A stretch of 64,000 nucleotides of DNA, from contig JAZLFJ010000028.1 of the NCBI GenBank assembly GCA_045615665.1, positions 16,145-80,144 of the forward strand, given 5' to 3'. Of the stretch, positions 48,709 to 57,804 are shown one piece after another. Numbering within the stretch: the stretch's first letter is position 1; each line of letters begins with the position of its first letter. Source of the stretch: Bacilli bacterium (lineage in GTDB: Bacteria > Bacillota_I > Bacilli_A > RFN20 > CAG-826). The position numbers and the translations under genes are program-made. Below the pieces are notes generated by a model that saw nothing but the letters and a program-made list of their open reading frames with translations, had not been told where the DNA came from and made no database searches.

Positions 48709-50334
48709 ATGGATATTGAAAAGGTCTTAAAAGAGAAAATTATTGAGGTGTTTAATAAATTAAATGTCTCTTTAACTTTATCCGATATTGTCATTGAAAA
48801 ATCTCGTTCAAGTGAACATGGAGATTATGCGAGCAACATCGCTTTAAAATACGCTTCAAGACTTGGTAAAAATCCACGTGAACTCGCCTCATTTTTAGTT
48901 GAGAACATAAACAAAGATAATATCGATCATATCGAAATCGCCGGACCGGGCTTCATTAATTTCTTTATGAAAAACGATGCGATTAATTCCGTCGTTAAAA
49001 AGATTATTGAAGAAGGCGAGAACTATGGTCGGGGTGAAGATAAACATAAAAAGATAAATGTTGAATTCGTCTCCGCTAATCCAACTGGTGATTTACATTT
49101 AGGTCACGCTCGCTGTGCAGCGGTAGGTGATTCCATCTGTAGATTGTATGAATTTGCTGGCTATAATGTCACCCGTGAATTCTACGTTAATAACGCTGGT
49201 AATCAAATTAGAACACTTGGCTTATCTTTAGATACCCGTTTAAGACAACTTCATGGCGAAAATATTGAACTTCCAGAAGATAGTTATCACGCAAATGATA
49301 TCATCGATATTGCTAGGCAATATGACAAAGAATTTGGCTCATCTTATAAAGTTAATGATCCTGCTTGTTTAGCCCATCTTACCGAATATGGTATGAAAGC
49401 TGAACTCGCTAAAATTGAAAAAGATTTAGGGCTCTTTAGAACTAAATTTGATATTTATTCTTTTGAAACCGATGTTCGTAAGGATCATCATGTTGAAGAT
49501 GTTTTGAATAATAAATTTAGCAAATATTCATATGTTCAAGATGGTGCAACTTTCTTAAGAACAACCGATTTTTTAGATGATAAAGACCGCGCAGTTATTA
49601 AATCAGATGGCTCATTTACTTATTTGATGCCAGATATTGCTTATCACTTAATAAAATTAAGTAGAGGCTATGATTTATTAATTGATGTTTTAGGCGCCGA
49701 TCATCACGGTTATATTAACCGTATGAAATCCGCTTTAATGATGCAAGGCTATTCCAAAGATATTTTGGAAGTTGAACTTGTTCAAGTTGTCCGTCTCATC
49801 AAAGATGGCAAAGAAGTTAAAATGTCTAAAAGAACTGGCACAGGTGTTTCTTTAAGAGAACTTTGTGAAGAAGTTGGTGTTGATGCGACCAGATATTTCT
49901 TTGTCTCTAGAGCAGCATCGTCTCATTTGGACTTTGATCTTAATTTAGCAAGCGAACAATCGTCTAATAACCCTGTGTATTACGCTCAATACGCTCATGC
50001 TCGAATCGCTAAGGTTTTAGAGAGCGCCAAGGATATTAAAATAGATGAAGAGGCTCCACTTCTAAAAGAAAAGAAGGAAATGGATCTACTTAAACTTCTC
50101 ATTGAATTCCCACGTCTCATCGAATCAAGCGCTACTAAAAGAGCACCTTATCTAATTGCAACTTACATTCAAGAATTAGCAGCCGCTATCCATGGCTTCT
50201 ATACTGAATGTCGAGTTATAGATCGTGATAATTTAGATGTCACATCCTCAAGACTTGCTTTAGCAAAAGCTAGTCAAATCGTTATGAAAAACGCATTAAA
50301 TGTAATCGGAGTGTCCGCTCCAAATAAAATGTAA
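48709..50334 (+). CDS. argS: Arginine--tRNA ligase
   Basis: HGDYASN, GPGFINF, EFVSANPTGDLHLGH, KMSKRTG, YAQYAHAR. Confidence 0.97.
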   Translation: MDIEKVLKEKIIEVFNKLNVSLTLSDIVIEKSRSSEHGDYASNIALKYASRLGKNPRELASFLVENINKDNIDHIEIAGPGFINFFMKNDAINSVVKKIIEEGENYGRGEDKHKKINVEFVSANPTGDLHLGHARCAAVGDSICRLYEFAGYNVTREFYVNNAGNQIRTLGLSLDTRLRQLHGENIELPEDSYHANDIIDIARQYDKEFGSSYKVNDPACLAHLTEYGMKAELAKIEKDLGLFRTKFDIYSFETDVRKDHHVEDVLNNKFSKYSYVQDGATFLRTTDFLDDKDRAVIKSDGSFTYLMPDIAYHLIKLSRGYDLLIDVLGADHHGYINRMKSALMMQGYSKDILEVELVQVVRLIKDGKEVKMSKRTGTGVSLRELCEEVGVDATRYFFVSRAASSHLDFDLNLASEQSSNNPVYYAQYAHARIAKVLESAKDIKIDEEAPLLKEKKEMDLLKLLIEFPRLIESSATKRAPYLIATYIQELAAAIHGFYTECRVIDRDNLDVTSSRLALAKASQIVMKNALNVIGVSAPNKM

Positions 50335-50349
50335 GGAAGGAAAATTTTT

Positions 50350-50757
50350 ATGGAAAAAGCATTTGTTGAATACGCTTATGATGTTGTCTCAAACAGCAAA
50401 GAGCCTTTATCACTACGTGAAATTTTTGATAAAGCATTAAAACTAAGTGGCCTTTCTCTTGATGAAGATGCCAAACTTACAAAGATGTCCAAACTTTATA
50501 TGTCGATGTCAGAAGATGAAAGATTTGTCCTTATGGACAAGAAATGGGATTTAAGTGCCCGTCATTCCTTCTCCCAAATCCATAAAAATGATGTGGACCT
50601 CGACGATGAAGAAGAGGAAGATATGGACGAAGAAGAAAAGGAATATCTTCGCGAAGAAGCCGGCGAAGAAGCCGAAGAAGAATTTGAAGAAGAATCCGAT
50701 GATCTCGACTTTGATAATAAGAATCCTGACGAAGATGAGGATGATGACTTACTTTAA
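50350..50757 (+). CDS. rpoE: RNA polymerase delta subunit
   Basis: HARE-HTH-like N-domain (LYMSMSEDERF...WDL) plus acidic tail; argS-rpoE synteny. Confidence 0.8.
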   Translation: MEKAFVEYAYDVVSNSKEPLSLREIFDKALKLSGLSLDEDAKLTKMSKLYMSMSEDERFVLMDKKWDLSARHSFSQIHKNDVDLDDEEEEDMDEEEKEYLREEAGEEAEEEFEEESDDLDFDNKNPDEDEDDDLL

Positions 50758-50760
50758 TAT

Positions 50761-51726
50761 ATGAAAAATCGAGCAATAAAAGATATTTATAAACTCATCA
50801 AAAAATATGATGTCATAACCATTTATGGTCATGTTAATCCTGACCCAGATTGCTACGGCTCATCTTTAGCTTTACGAGAAATTATCAAAGATAACTTCAA
50901 AGGAAAAGAGGTTTACGCTTTAGGTTATGGAAGCGAAAAACTTTATGACCGCTTAAGCACTTATGATGAAGTTAGCGATGATAAAATCAAGGAATCTCTC
51001 GCTATTATTTGTGACTGCTCTGAAATTGAAAGAATCAGCGAACAACGCATTCGCTTAGCAAAACAAATCATTAAAATCGACCATCACATTGAAAGTAAAC
51101 CATTCATTGGAGTTAAGTGGGTTTATAATGGTTCTATCGCCTGCGCGCAAATGATTGCGGAATTTGCTTTTACTTATAAATTAAAAATTTCTAAACTTGC
51201 TGCCGAATTAATGTACTTAGGTATCTGTACCGATTCAGGTAGATTTAGATACGCCCCAACAAATGCTAAAACTCATCTAATCGTTTCAAAACTTTATGAT
51301 TTAGGGATTGAGCCAAAATCAATCTTCTCAATCATTTATCAATCAGAAGAAGCATTTGTGAAATACCAAGCTTTATTAATTACAAAATTCCAAAAGACTG
51401 AACATAATGCTATTTACTGTTTTGCGGATGTTAAAGACTATGAACAATTTGGCTTAAAATTCGATCAAGTTTCGAAAAACGTCAACGTTTTAGGAAATAT
51501 TATCGGCTGTCCAATCTGGTGCTTATTTACTAGAAGTCCAGAAGGCATAATTAGAATTGAATTTAGATCATCTGGTTTAGATGTCCAAAAAGTCGCTGTT
51601 AAATATGGTGGCGGTGGACATAGACAAGCTGCAGGAGCGAGACTTGAAAATCAAAAAGATTTCAAACTTGCTAAAGAAGTTGTTAAGGATCTCGACCTTC
51701 TCGCTGAAAAAGGAACATTCGAATAA
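50761..51726 (+). CDS. nrnA: DHH/DHHA1 phosphoesterase, NrnA-like nanoRNase/pAp phosphatase
   Basis: GHVNPDPDCYGS, IDHH, GICTDSGRF, GGGGHRQAAG. Confidence 0.88.
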   Translation: MKNRAIKDIYKLIKKYDVITIYGHVNPDPDCYGSSLALREIIKDNFKGKEVYALGYGSEKLYDRLSTYDEVSDDKIKESLAIICDCSEIERISEQRIRLAKQIIKIDHHIESKPFIGVKWVYNGSIACAQMIAEFAFTYKLKISKLAAELMYLGICTDSGRFRYAPTNAKTHLIVSKLYDLGIEPKSIFSIIYQSEEAFVKYQALLITKFQKTEHNAIYCFADVKDYEQFGLKFDQVSKNVNVLGNIIGCPIWCLFTRSPEGIIRIEFRSSGLDVQKVAVKYGGGGHRQAAGARLENQKDFKLAKEVVKDLDLLAEKGTFE

Positions 51727-52506
51727 ATGTTTGAAAAAGAACTTCAAGTAGCTCTTGAGGCTGCTAAGAAATGCGTCCCATTAATCTTGGAGATATATAA
51801 CTCCGATAATATTGGACTTGAAATCAAAGATGATAATTCGCCGGTCACAAAAGCTGATAAGGCGAGCGATAAAATTATTAGAAAGTGCCTCAAGGAGGCT
51901 TTTCCTTCATACGCTCTTTTAACCGAAGAAAGTGAAGACGATAAAACTAGATTAACTAATGATTTTGTCTGGATTGTTGACCCAATCGATGGCACAAAAG
52001 AATTTGTCGCTCATAGCGATGAATTTACGATTAACATCGGTTTATCTTATAAACACGAACCTGTTTTAGGAGTTATTCTCATTCCTGTTACAGGCGAAAT
52101 CTATTATGCGATTAAAGGTCAAGGCGCCTATTATCAAAAAGGCGAAAAGAGAGTTAAAATCCATGTCAATTCCCGCACAAATGATTTAACTACGCTCGTT
52201 TCTAGATTCCATTCTAATAATGACGAACAAGCGATGATTGCTATGCATAGCGACAAAATTAAACATCAAAAAGTGGTGGGTTCATCTATCAAAGGTTGTG
52301 TTATTGCTAAAGGTGATGCCGAGATGTCGTATCGTTTTTCTAGCAATACCAAAGAATGGGACACATGCGCGATGCAAGCTATCGTTGAAGAAGCGGGCGG
52401 ATATGTCCTGAAATTCAATGGGGAAAGAATACATTATAACCGCAAAGATGTTTATAATCGTGATGGATATGTGATTTGCAATTGCAGAGAAAATTTTTTA
52501 ATCTAA
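51727..52506 (+). CDS. cysQ: Inositol monophosphatase family, CysQ-like 3'(2'),5'-bisphosphate nucleotidase
   Basis: SPVTKAD, LTEES, WIVDPIDGTKEF, EWDTCAMQAIVEEAGG. Confidence 0.85.
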   Translation: MFEKELQVALEAAKKCVPLILEIYNSDNIGLEIKDDNSPVTKADKASDKIIRKCLKEAFPSYALLTEESEDDKTRLTNDFVWIVDPIDGTKEFVAHSDEFTINIGLSYKHEPVLGVILIPVTGEIYYAIKGQGAYYQKGEKRVKIHVNSRTNDLTTLVSRFHSNNDEQAMIAMHSDKIKHQKVVGSSIKGCVIAKGDAEMSYRFSSNTKEWDTCAMQAIVEEAGGYVLKFNGERIHYNRKDVYNRDGYVICNCRENFLI

Positions 52507-52526
52507 TATCAAGGAGATAATAAATT

Positions 52527-54149
52527 ATGAGGAAAGCAAAATTCTTAATTTGTTTACTTAGCGCACCTCTATTAATTGGTTGCGGAAATTCTGGTTCAGG
52601 TGGTAGAGGCAACACTAAAGGTGAAATTGATTTTGATCATGCAACTCCAACAATTGATGTTGATAGTTTAACCCCTCCTTCTTTAACAAAAGACGCTTTA
52701 GGTGGAGATATTAAAGAAGAAGACGGTAAATTGATATTTGATTTTTACGAAGTAAGCGACTTCCATGGCGCGGTCAATTATAGCGTGGACGATAAGACAA
52801 TTGGTTTAAGCAAAATAGCGGACTATTTTTCTAAAAAGCGCGCTGAAAATCCTGGTGGTACAGTCGTTATCTCTAGCGGAGATATGTTCCAAGGTAGTGC
52901 TGAATCCAATCTAACTCACGGCTATTTAGTGAATTATGCGATGAATATCATGGGTTTTGAAGCAATGACATTAGGCAACCACGAATTCGACTGGTCAGTC
53001 GATTGGATTAGAAAGAACGCTAACCTTAAGATTGGTGATTACTCCATTCCTTATTTAGGAGCGAATATCTTTGATAAATCTACTGGTAAGATTTTAGATT
53101 GTTTAAAACCTTCCACAGTTATTACCAGAGGAGAATATAAGATCGGCGTAATCGGAACGATGGGTGATGGAGCAGAAAAATCCATCATGCCAGCTTTAAT
53201 CGAAGGTCTTGAATTCAAAGGCGAAGTCGCCATTGTTAAAGAAGAAGCTCAAAGACTTAGAAGCGAAGAAAATTGTGACGTTGTCGTTTGGTCATCTCAT
53301 AGAGATATTGATGAATTAGCAGGCACAGTTAGCAAAACTGATGGTATCGACGCCATCTTTGGTGGTCACACTCATGAAAGTAAAACCAAGATGACACCAG
53401 ATAGTCTTGTTCCATGTCTTGAAACAAAGAATTATGGTAAAGGTATCGCTCATGCTCAATTAGCGTTAGATCCAATTACTAAAGAAGTTACTTCTGTCGC
53501 TGCCTCAGTTGATGAAAAACCATATGAATATGCTGGTTTAGTCGAACACACCGAAGTTAAGAAGATTATGGATTTTTATAATACTTATATCGATCCAATT
53601 AAGAGTGAAGTTATCGGCCAAGCTGATGGCGTGCTCGATGTTAGCTCTAAATTCGTTCTCACCGACTTATGTGTTGATACCATGGGTATCGCTGCTCAAA
53701 AGTGGGCTGATGCAAATGGTGGAATGAAGATTTCTTCAACCTATCATAACGCTAACGGTGGTATCCGCGCGGATATCGCTGCAGGTGATATCAAGTTTGG
53801 TGATGTCTATCGTTCATTCCCATTTGATAACGAATTAGTCGTTATTAAAGTAAAAGGTTCCAAACTTAAAGAATATTTAAGTAAAGCTAAGAAATATGGT
53901 TTCTGGAGAAACCTTGAAGTTCTTCCTTCCTTATCTGCAGTAGTTGACACCGAAGATTATTATTTTGCATCAACCGACTTCTTAGTAACTTCTAAGAATG
54001 AAGCGTTTAAATTAGAAGAAAGTGACTTTATTAGAACCGGCTATGTCATTCGTGATATCGTCGCGGCGAGAATCAAATGGGAAAAGACAGTTAAAGCATC
54101 TGAGTTTATTCAATCAAAGAATAAACAATTTATGGTTCCTGTTGAATAA
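52527..54149 (+). CDS. 5'-nucleotidase / 2',3'-cyclic phosphodiesterase family lipoprotein
   Basis: Lipobox LLIGC; SDFHG, GDMFQGS, LGNHEFD, GGHTH; C-terminal NGGIRA...FPFDN. Confidence 0.88.
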   Translation: MRKAKFLICLLSAPLLIGCGNSGSGGRGNTKGEIDFDHATPTIDVDSLTPPSLTKDALGGDIKEEDGKLIFDFYEVSDFHGAVNYSVDDKTIGLSKIADYFSKKRAENPGGTVVISSGDMFQGSAESNLTHGYLVNYAMNIMGFEAMTLGNHEFDWSVDWIRKNANLKIGDYSIPYLGANIFDKSTGKILDCLKPSTVITRGEYKIGVIGTMGDGAEKSIMPALIEGLEFKGEVAIVKEEAQRLRSEENCDVVVWSSHRDIDELAGTVSKTDGIDAIFGGHTHESKTKMTPDSLVPCLETKNYGKGIAHAQLALDPITKEVTSVAASVDEKPYEYAGLVEHTEVKKIMDFYNTYIDPIKSEVIGQADGVLDVSSKFVLTDLCVDTMGIAAQKWADANGGMKISSTYHNANGGIRADIAAGDIKFGDVYRSFPFDNELVVIKVKGSKLKEYLSKAKKYGFWRNLEVLPSLSAVVDTEDYYFASTDFLVTSKNEAFKLEESDFIRTGYVIRDIVAARIKWEKTVKASEFIQSKNKQFMVPVE

Positions 54150-54163
54150 ATAATATTGATAAT

Positions 54164-54206
54164 AAAAAAATACGGAGGTTATTTGGCTTCCGTATTTTCT
54201 TTTTTT
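54164..54206. terminator. Bidirectional terminator (nucleotidase / nifU-like)
   Basis: aaaatacggag...cttccgtatttt with A- and T-runs on either side. Confidence 0.7.
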
Positions 54207-54442
54207 GGCATTTGCGATGCGAGCCTAACTCCAAGCACTCCAGGTACTTCTTCCATCAAGATGATTTCAATTCCATCTGATAAAGTGGAGTCAATTAAGA
54301 CACAGTCTTGACATGCGCCCGCCATATTTACATAAACGATCCCATCGATAAAATCGACGAATTCAATATCGCCACCATCCCTTTGGATGAAAGGGCGAAT
54401 TTTATCTAATGTTTTTTGAATTAAACTTACTGTATCTTCCAT
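54179..54442 (-). CDS. NifU C-terminal (NfuA-like) Fe-S carrier
   Basis: LDKIRPFIQRDGGDIE...GACQDC. Confidence 0.9.
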   Translation of the reverse strand: MEDTVSLIQKTLDKIRPFIQRDGGDIEFVDFIDGIVYVNMAGACQDCVLIDSTLSDGIEIILMEEVPGVLGVRLASQMPKKENTEAK

Positions 54443-54504
54443 AAAGCAAGAGATATTATAAACACGCTTAGTTACTAAATCAATAAATGTGCTAAACTAT
54501 TTTT

Positions 54505-54897
54505 ATGAATAAAAAGCGTGATGATTTTAGACTTACTACTTCGCATTTTAAGATTCTTCAAACTGTTGATGAATTAAATAAGAAACATCTTTATCCTACC
54601 GCAAGAGGAGTGAATAACATTCTTATGGGGAAGTTAGATAGAGAAACGCGAAAATATGCAGATATAAAGACATATGGAACATTGATTTCCTTCCCTGGTC
54701 GTAAATTATGTTCATACATCTTAAATATGACTAGACGCGGTTATCTTGGATATATCTATGATAAGAAGAGCGACGATATGTATTTAAGAATAACCGAAAA
54801 AGGTGAAGGCGAAATCCTTCATTATGAAAAGAGGCACAAGAATGCATATCGCAAAAAAGAGCCTCATCATAAACCTGAAATAGTTGAAATCAAATAA
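54505..54897 (+). CDS. Stand-alone RQC (RecQ C-terminal)-like winged-helix protein
   Basis: KILQTV...RGVNNILMG...KTYG...RRGYL...LRITEKG pattern matches the RQC winged helix by eye. Confidence 0.55.
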   Translation: MNKKRDDFRLTTSHFKILQTVDELNKKHLYPTARGVNNILMGKLDRETRKYADIKTYGTLISFPGRKLCSYILNMTRRGYLGYIYDKKSDDMYLRITEKGEGEILHYEKRHKNAYRKKEPHHKPEIVEIK

Positions 54898-54927
54898 AAA
54901 GAAAACCGCCTAGGCGGTTATTTCTTT
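54898..54927. terminator. Bidirectional terminator
   Basis: aaagaaaaccgcc-ta-ggcggttatttcttt. Confidence 0.6.
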
Positions 54928-55424
54928 AAGTATGAATAACTTGATTTAGAAGTGATGGCTTTCTTTTCACTTTGCATCATTCTAATTGCGAAGTAAATGG
55001 AGACGAGTCCTGATAAGACAAGAAGCGCCCCGATAAGATAACTTATCCAACCAACGTTATATAAACTTCTTGTTAAATTGAAGACACTCTTCTTACTTGC
55101 TTCCATCGCGAAGAATAAGACGGATGTAGCAACATTAAGTAAGCCACCGAGTAAGACAAGTGCACTGGTCTTTCTTGCTAATGCATAGGAGCACAAGGCT
55201 AACCCCATCAAGACGATTGAGGTAATTCCTAAGCCACTTAAGTGAGTCATTCCAGATTTTTTGTAATCAGTTTCGCTTACCGCATTGAAGAAGAATTGGT
55301 ATCCGCTAAATGAAGGATAAGCGTGGACATCAGTTACGATGAATTGTGGAATAGCGAGTAAACCGAACGATAGAAGGATTACTGCTAAAGAAGCATATAT
55401 TATTAATCTAACTTTTTTCTCCAT
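54918..55424 (-). CDS. Hypothetical membrane protein (about 4 TM)
   Basis: AAGGAG SD before ATG 55424; four hydrophobic segments; track ORF extension overlaps tRNAs and is discarded. Confidence 0.7.
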   Translation of the reverse strand: MEKKVRLIIYASLAVILLSFGLLAIPQFIVTDVHAYPSFSGYQFFFNAVSETDYKKSGMTHLSGLGITSIVLMGLALCSYALARKTSALVLLGGLLNVATSVLFFAMEASKKSVFNLTRSLYNVGWISYLIGALLVLSGLVSIYFAIRMMQSEKKAITSKSSYSYLKK

Positions 55425-55444
55425 CTTTCTCTCCTTAGTCTTTG

Positions 55445-55519
55445 TGGTTGGGGCGACTGGGATCGAACCAGTGAATGGCGAGTTCAGAGCCCGCTGCCTT
55501 ACCGCTTGGCTACGCCCCA
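55445..55519 (-). tRNA. tRNA-Gln(CUG)
   Basis: Cloverleaf, anticodon arm gcggg-ctCTGaa-ctcgc, U1-A72, encoded CCA. Confidence 0.95.
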
Positions 55520-55545
55520 AAATTAAAAGGTGGCGTTTTGGTAAA

Positions 55546-55633
55546 TGGTGCCCGGGACCGGACTTGAACCGGTATGAGTTATTCACTCGAGGGATTTTAA
55601 GTCCCTTGCGTCTACCAATTTCGCCACCTGGGC
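55546..55633 (-). tRNA. tRNA-Leu(UAA)
   Basis: aggga-ctTAAaa-tccct, long variable arm, encoded CCA. Confidence 0.95.
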
Positions 55634-55640
55634 AATTAAA

Positions 55641-55716
55641 TGGTCTCCCGTAGACGATTCGAACGTCCGACCCCTTGATTAAAAGTCGAGTGCTCTGCCA
55701 ACTGAGCTAACGGGAG
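55641..55716 (-). tRNA. tRNA-Lys(UUU)
   Basis: ctcga-ctTTTaa-tcaag, T-arm ttcgaat, encoded CCA. Confidence 0.93.
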
Positions 55717-55806
55717 ATGGTGCAATTTATACAAAATTGCTTTGATATTATTGCATATATTATTTATATAATCTACAACTTTTTTACAAATTGGCTAAAT
55801 AAGAAT

Positions 55807-55834
55807 AAAAAAATCACCAATTAGGTGAATTTTT
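55807..55834 (-). terminator. Terminator after the Val-Tyr-Gln tRNA cluster
   Basis: Minus strand aaaattcacc-taatt-ggtgatttttt. Confidence 0.6.
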
Positions 55835-55836
55835 AA

Positions 55837-55911
55837 TGGTTGGGGTGGCTGGGATCGGACCAGCGAATGCAAGAGTCAAAGTCTTGTGCCTTACCACTTG
55901 GCTACACCCCA
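55837..55911 (-). tRNA. tRNA-Gln(UUG)
   Basis: caaga-ctTTGac-tcttg, U1-A72, encoded CCA; T-loop reads TCCGATC. Confidence 0.93.
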
Positions 55912-55917
55912 AGAAGA

Positions 55918-56001
55918 TGGTGGAGGAAGGTGGATTTGAACCACCGAACCCGAAGGAATTGATTTACAGTCAACCGCGTTTGGCCGCTTCGCTATTCCTC
56001 C
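55918..56001 (-). tRNA. tRNA-Tyr(GUA)
   Basis: gttga-ctGTAaa-tcaat, long variable arm, encoded CCA. Confidence 0.95.
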
Positions 56002-56013
56002 ACATGCTGTCAA

Positions 56014-56089
56014 TGGTGGATGTTAGAGGGCTCGAACCTCTGACCCCCGCCGTGTAAAGGCGATGCTCTCCCAACTGAGCTAAACATCC
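56014..56089 (-). tRNA. tRNA-Val(UAC)
   Basis: tcgcc-ttTACac-ggcgg, encoded CCA. Confidence 0.95.
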
Positions 56090-56113
56090 AATTACACTTT
56101 GACGTGCTAGATA

Positions 56114-56142
56114 AATATATCATTATGATATAGGCAAGTCAA
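56114..56142 (-). promoter_or_regulatory. Putative sigmaA promoter of the tRNA cluster
   Basis: Minus strand ttgact-17 nt-tatatt about 25 nt before tRNA-Val. Confidence 0.6.
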
Positions 56143-56158
56143 CGTGAATTTTAAGTGA

Positions 56159-57439
56159 TTAATAACCCTTCTTTCCAAGCAAATGGAACATGTTCTTTTT
56201 ATAGACTTCAACACCTGGTTGGTTGAAAGGATTTACTTCAAGAAGATAGGCTGACATAGCACAAGTTTTCATAAAGAAATACAATAGATAACCTAAATTA
56301 AAGGCATCTAATTTATCAACTTCGAGAATAATGTTAGGAACTCCACCTGTTTTAGTGTGAGCTTCTAAAGTTCCTAAGAAGGCTTTTTCATTTACAAAAC
56401 CGAGTGATTTTCCTTCTAAATAATTTAGACCATCGAGATCTTTTTCATCATGAGGAATAATTACATCGTTATTTGGACTATGAACAAACAAAATCGTTTC
56501 AAACATAATCTTATTGCCATCTTGGACATATTGACCCAAAGAATGTAGATCGGTTGAGAATGTTGCAGAATCTGGCAATAAACCTTTTCCGTCTTTGCCT
56601 TCTGATTCTCCAAACAATTGTTTAAACCATTCACCTAATTGGGTGAGTCTTGGTTCATAAGTTACAAACATTTCAACCGATTTTTGGTGACGATAGAAAT
56701 AGTCTCTAAGCACTGCATATTTATACGCCGGATTTGCATCAATTAAAGGATTTTTGCAGGCTTTTTGAGCTTCTAAAGCGCCTTTCATAAGCGAATCAAT
56801 ATCGAGTCCAGCACAGGCGAGTGGGAATAGACCAACCGCGGTGAAAACTGAGTATCGACCACCAACATTTCCTGGAAGATTGAAAGTTACATAACCTTCT
56901 TTATTTGAGAGTTCTCTTAGAGCCCCTTTATGAGCATCGGTTGTGGCAAATATAGCTTTTCTAGCCTTTTCTTTACCTACCTTTTTCTCAAGCAATTCTT
57001 TAACTAACCTAAAAGCAATTGCGGTCTCGGTTGTAGTACCGCTTTTTGAAATGACGTTAATAGCGAAGTTTTTCTTTTCTAAATATTTCAAAGTTTCATA
57101 AACATAATCACTGGAAAATGTTTGACCAAAGAAAATGATTTCGAGTTTATCATCGCTTCTTAGACCACGTAAGGCTTCGATAGCAGCTCTAGCACCTAAA
57201 TAGGAACCGCCAATTCCACATACAACTAAAACTTCGTATTTGTTTCGAACTTCTTTAGCGAATTTTTTGATGTTTTCAAATTCAACTTTATCAAAAGTTT
57301 CAGGATAGTTTACCCAACCGGTGTAATCATTTCCTGCGCCTTTATTTTCATCGATCATCTCATTAATTTTTGAAACTTTTTCTTGGTATGACTTGTAGTC
57401 AACCTTATTCAAAATGTGCGCGTCATTTACTTTTAACAT
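56159..57439 (-). CDS. pgi: Glucose-6-phosphate isomerase
   Basis: GIGGSYLGA, VISKSGTTTET, VGGRYSV, QLFGESEGK, STDLHSLGQ, PFNQPGVE.YK. Confidence 0.96.
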   Translation of the reverse strand: MLKVNDAHILNKVDYKSYQEKVSKINEMIDENKGAGNDYTGWVNYPETFDKVEFENIKKFAKEVRNKYEVLVVCGIGGSYLGARAAIEALRGLRSDDKLEIIFFGQTFSSDYVYETLKYLEKKNFAINVISKSGTTTETAIAFRLVKELLEKKVGKEKARKAIFATTDAHKGALRELSNKEGYVTFNLPGNVGGRYSVFTAVGLFPLACAGLDIDSLMKGALEAQKACKNPLIDANPAYKYAVLRDYFYRHQKSVEMFVTYEPRLTQLGEWFKQLFGESEGKDGKGLLPDSATFSTDLHSLGQYVQDGNKIMFETILFVHSPNNDVIIPHDEKDLDGLNYLEGKSLGFVNEKAFLGTLEAHTKTGGVPNIILEVDKLDAFNLGYLLYFFMKTCAMSAYLLEVNPFNQPGVEVYKKNMFHLLGKKGY

Positions 57440-57441
57440 AG

Positions 57442-57804
57442 TTAATTCTCCTTTTTAGCATTTTCGATCCATTCTGGAAGTTTTGCTTTAAGAGCAGAAA
57501 AATCAATATATTGAGGATCGATTTTTTCTTTCTTAACGCCGCTTCGATGGTATTCATCTTTTTCTTCTTGGCTAATTTGAGACATGGATAATTTTAAGAA
57601 TCCATCTTCTTCAATGCCAATTATTTTCACTTGATAGGTTTTACCTATTTTTAAGTATCTAGAAATGTTTCTAATGAAGGTATTGGCGACTTGTGAAATA
57701 TGAAGAAGTCCTTTTTGACCATCTTCAAAAATCATTATCGCCCCGAATGGTTTGATATTGATAATTGTGCCTTCGATAATATCGTTAATTTTGTAAGTGT
57801 TCAT
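57442..57804 (-). CDS. S1 RNA-binding domain protein (GSP13/YugI/CvfD-like)
   Basis: IIEGTI..IKPFGA...GLLHISQV; C-terminal FSALKAKLPEWI; adjacent to pgi as in Bacillus. Confidence 0.8.
   Translation of the reverse strand: MNTYKINDIIEGTIINIKPFGAIMIFEDGQKGLLHISQVANTFIRNISRYLKIGKTYQVKIIGIEEDGFLKLSMSQISQEEKDEYHRSGVKKEKIDPQYIDFSALKAKLPEWIENAKKEN

Noticed and set aside
55339-56057. ORFs 55339-55653, 55836-56057 and the N-terminal extension of 54918-55586
   Set aside because: They overlap tRNA genes; GC-rich tRNA sequence produces spurious open frames
55445-56089. Regularly spaced similar GC-rich units resembling a CRISPR array or integration site
   Set aside because: They are tRNA genes; no identical repeats with spacers, no cas or integrase genes, no duplicated tRNA 3' end
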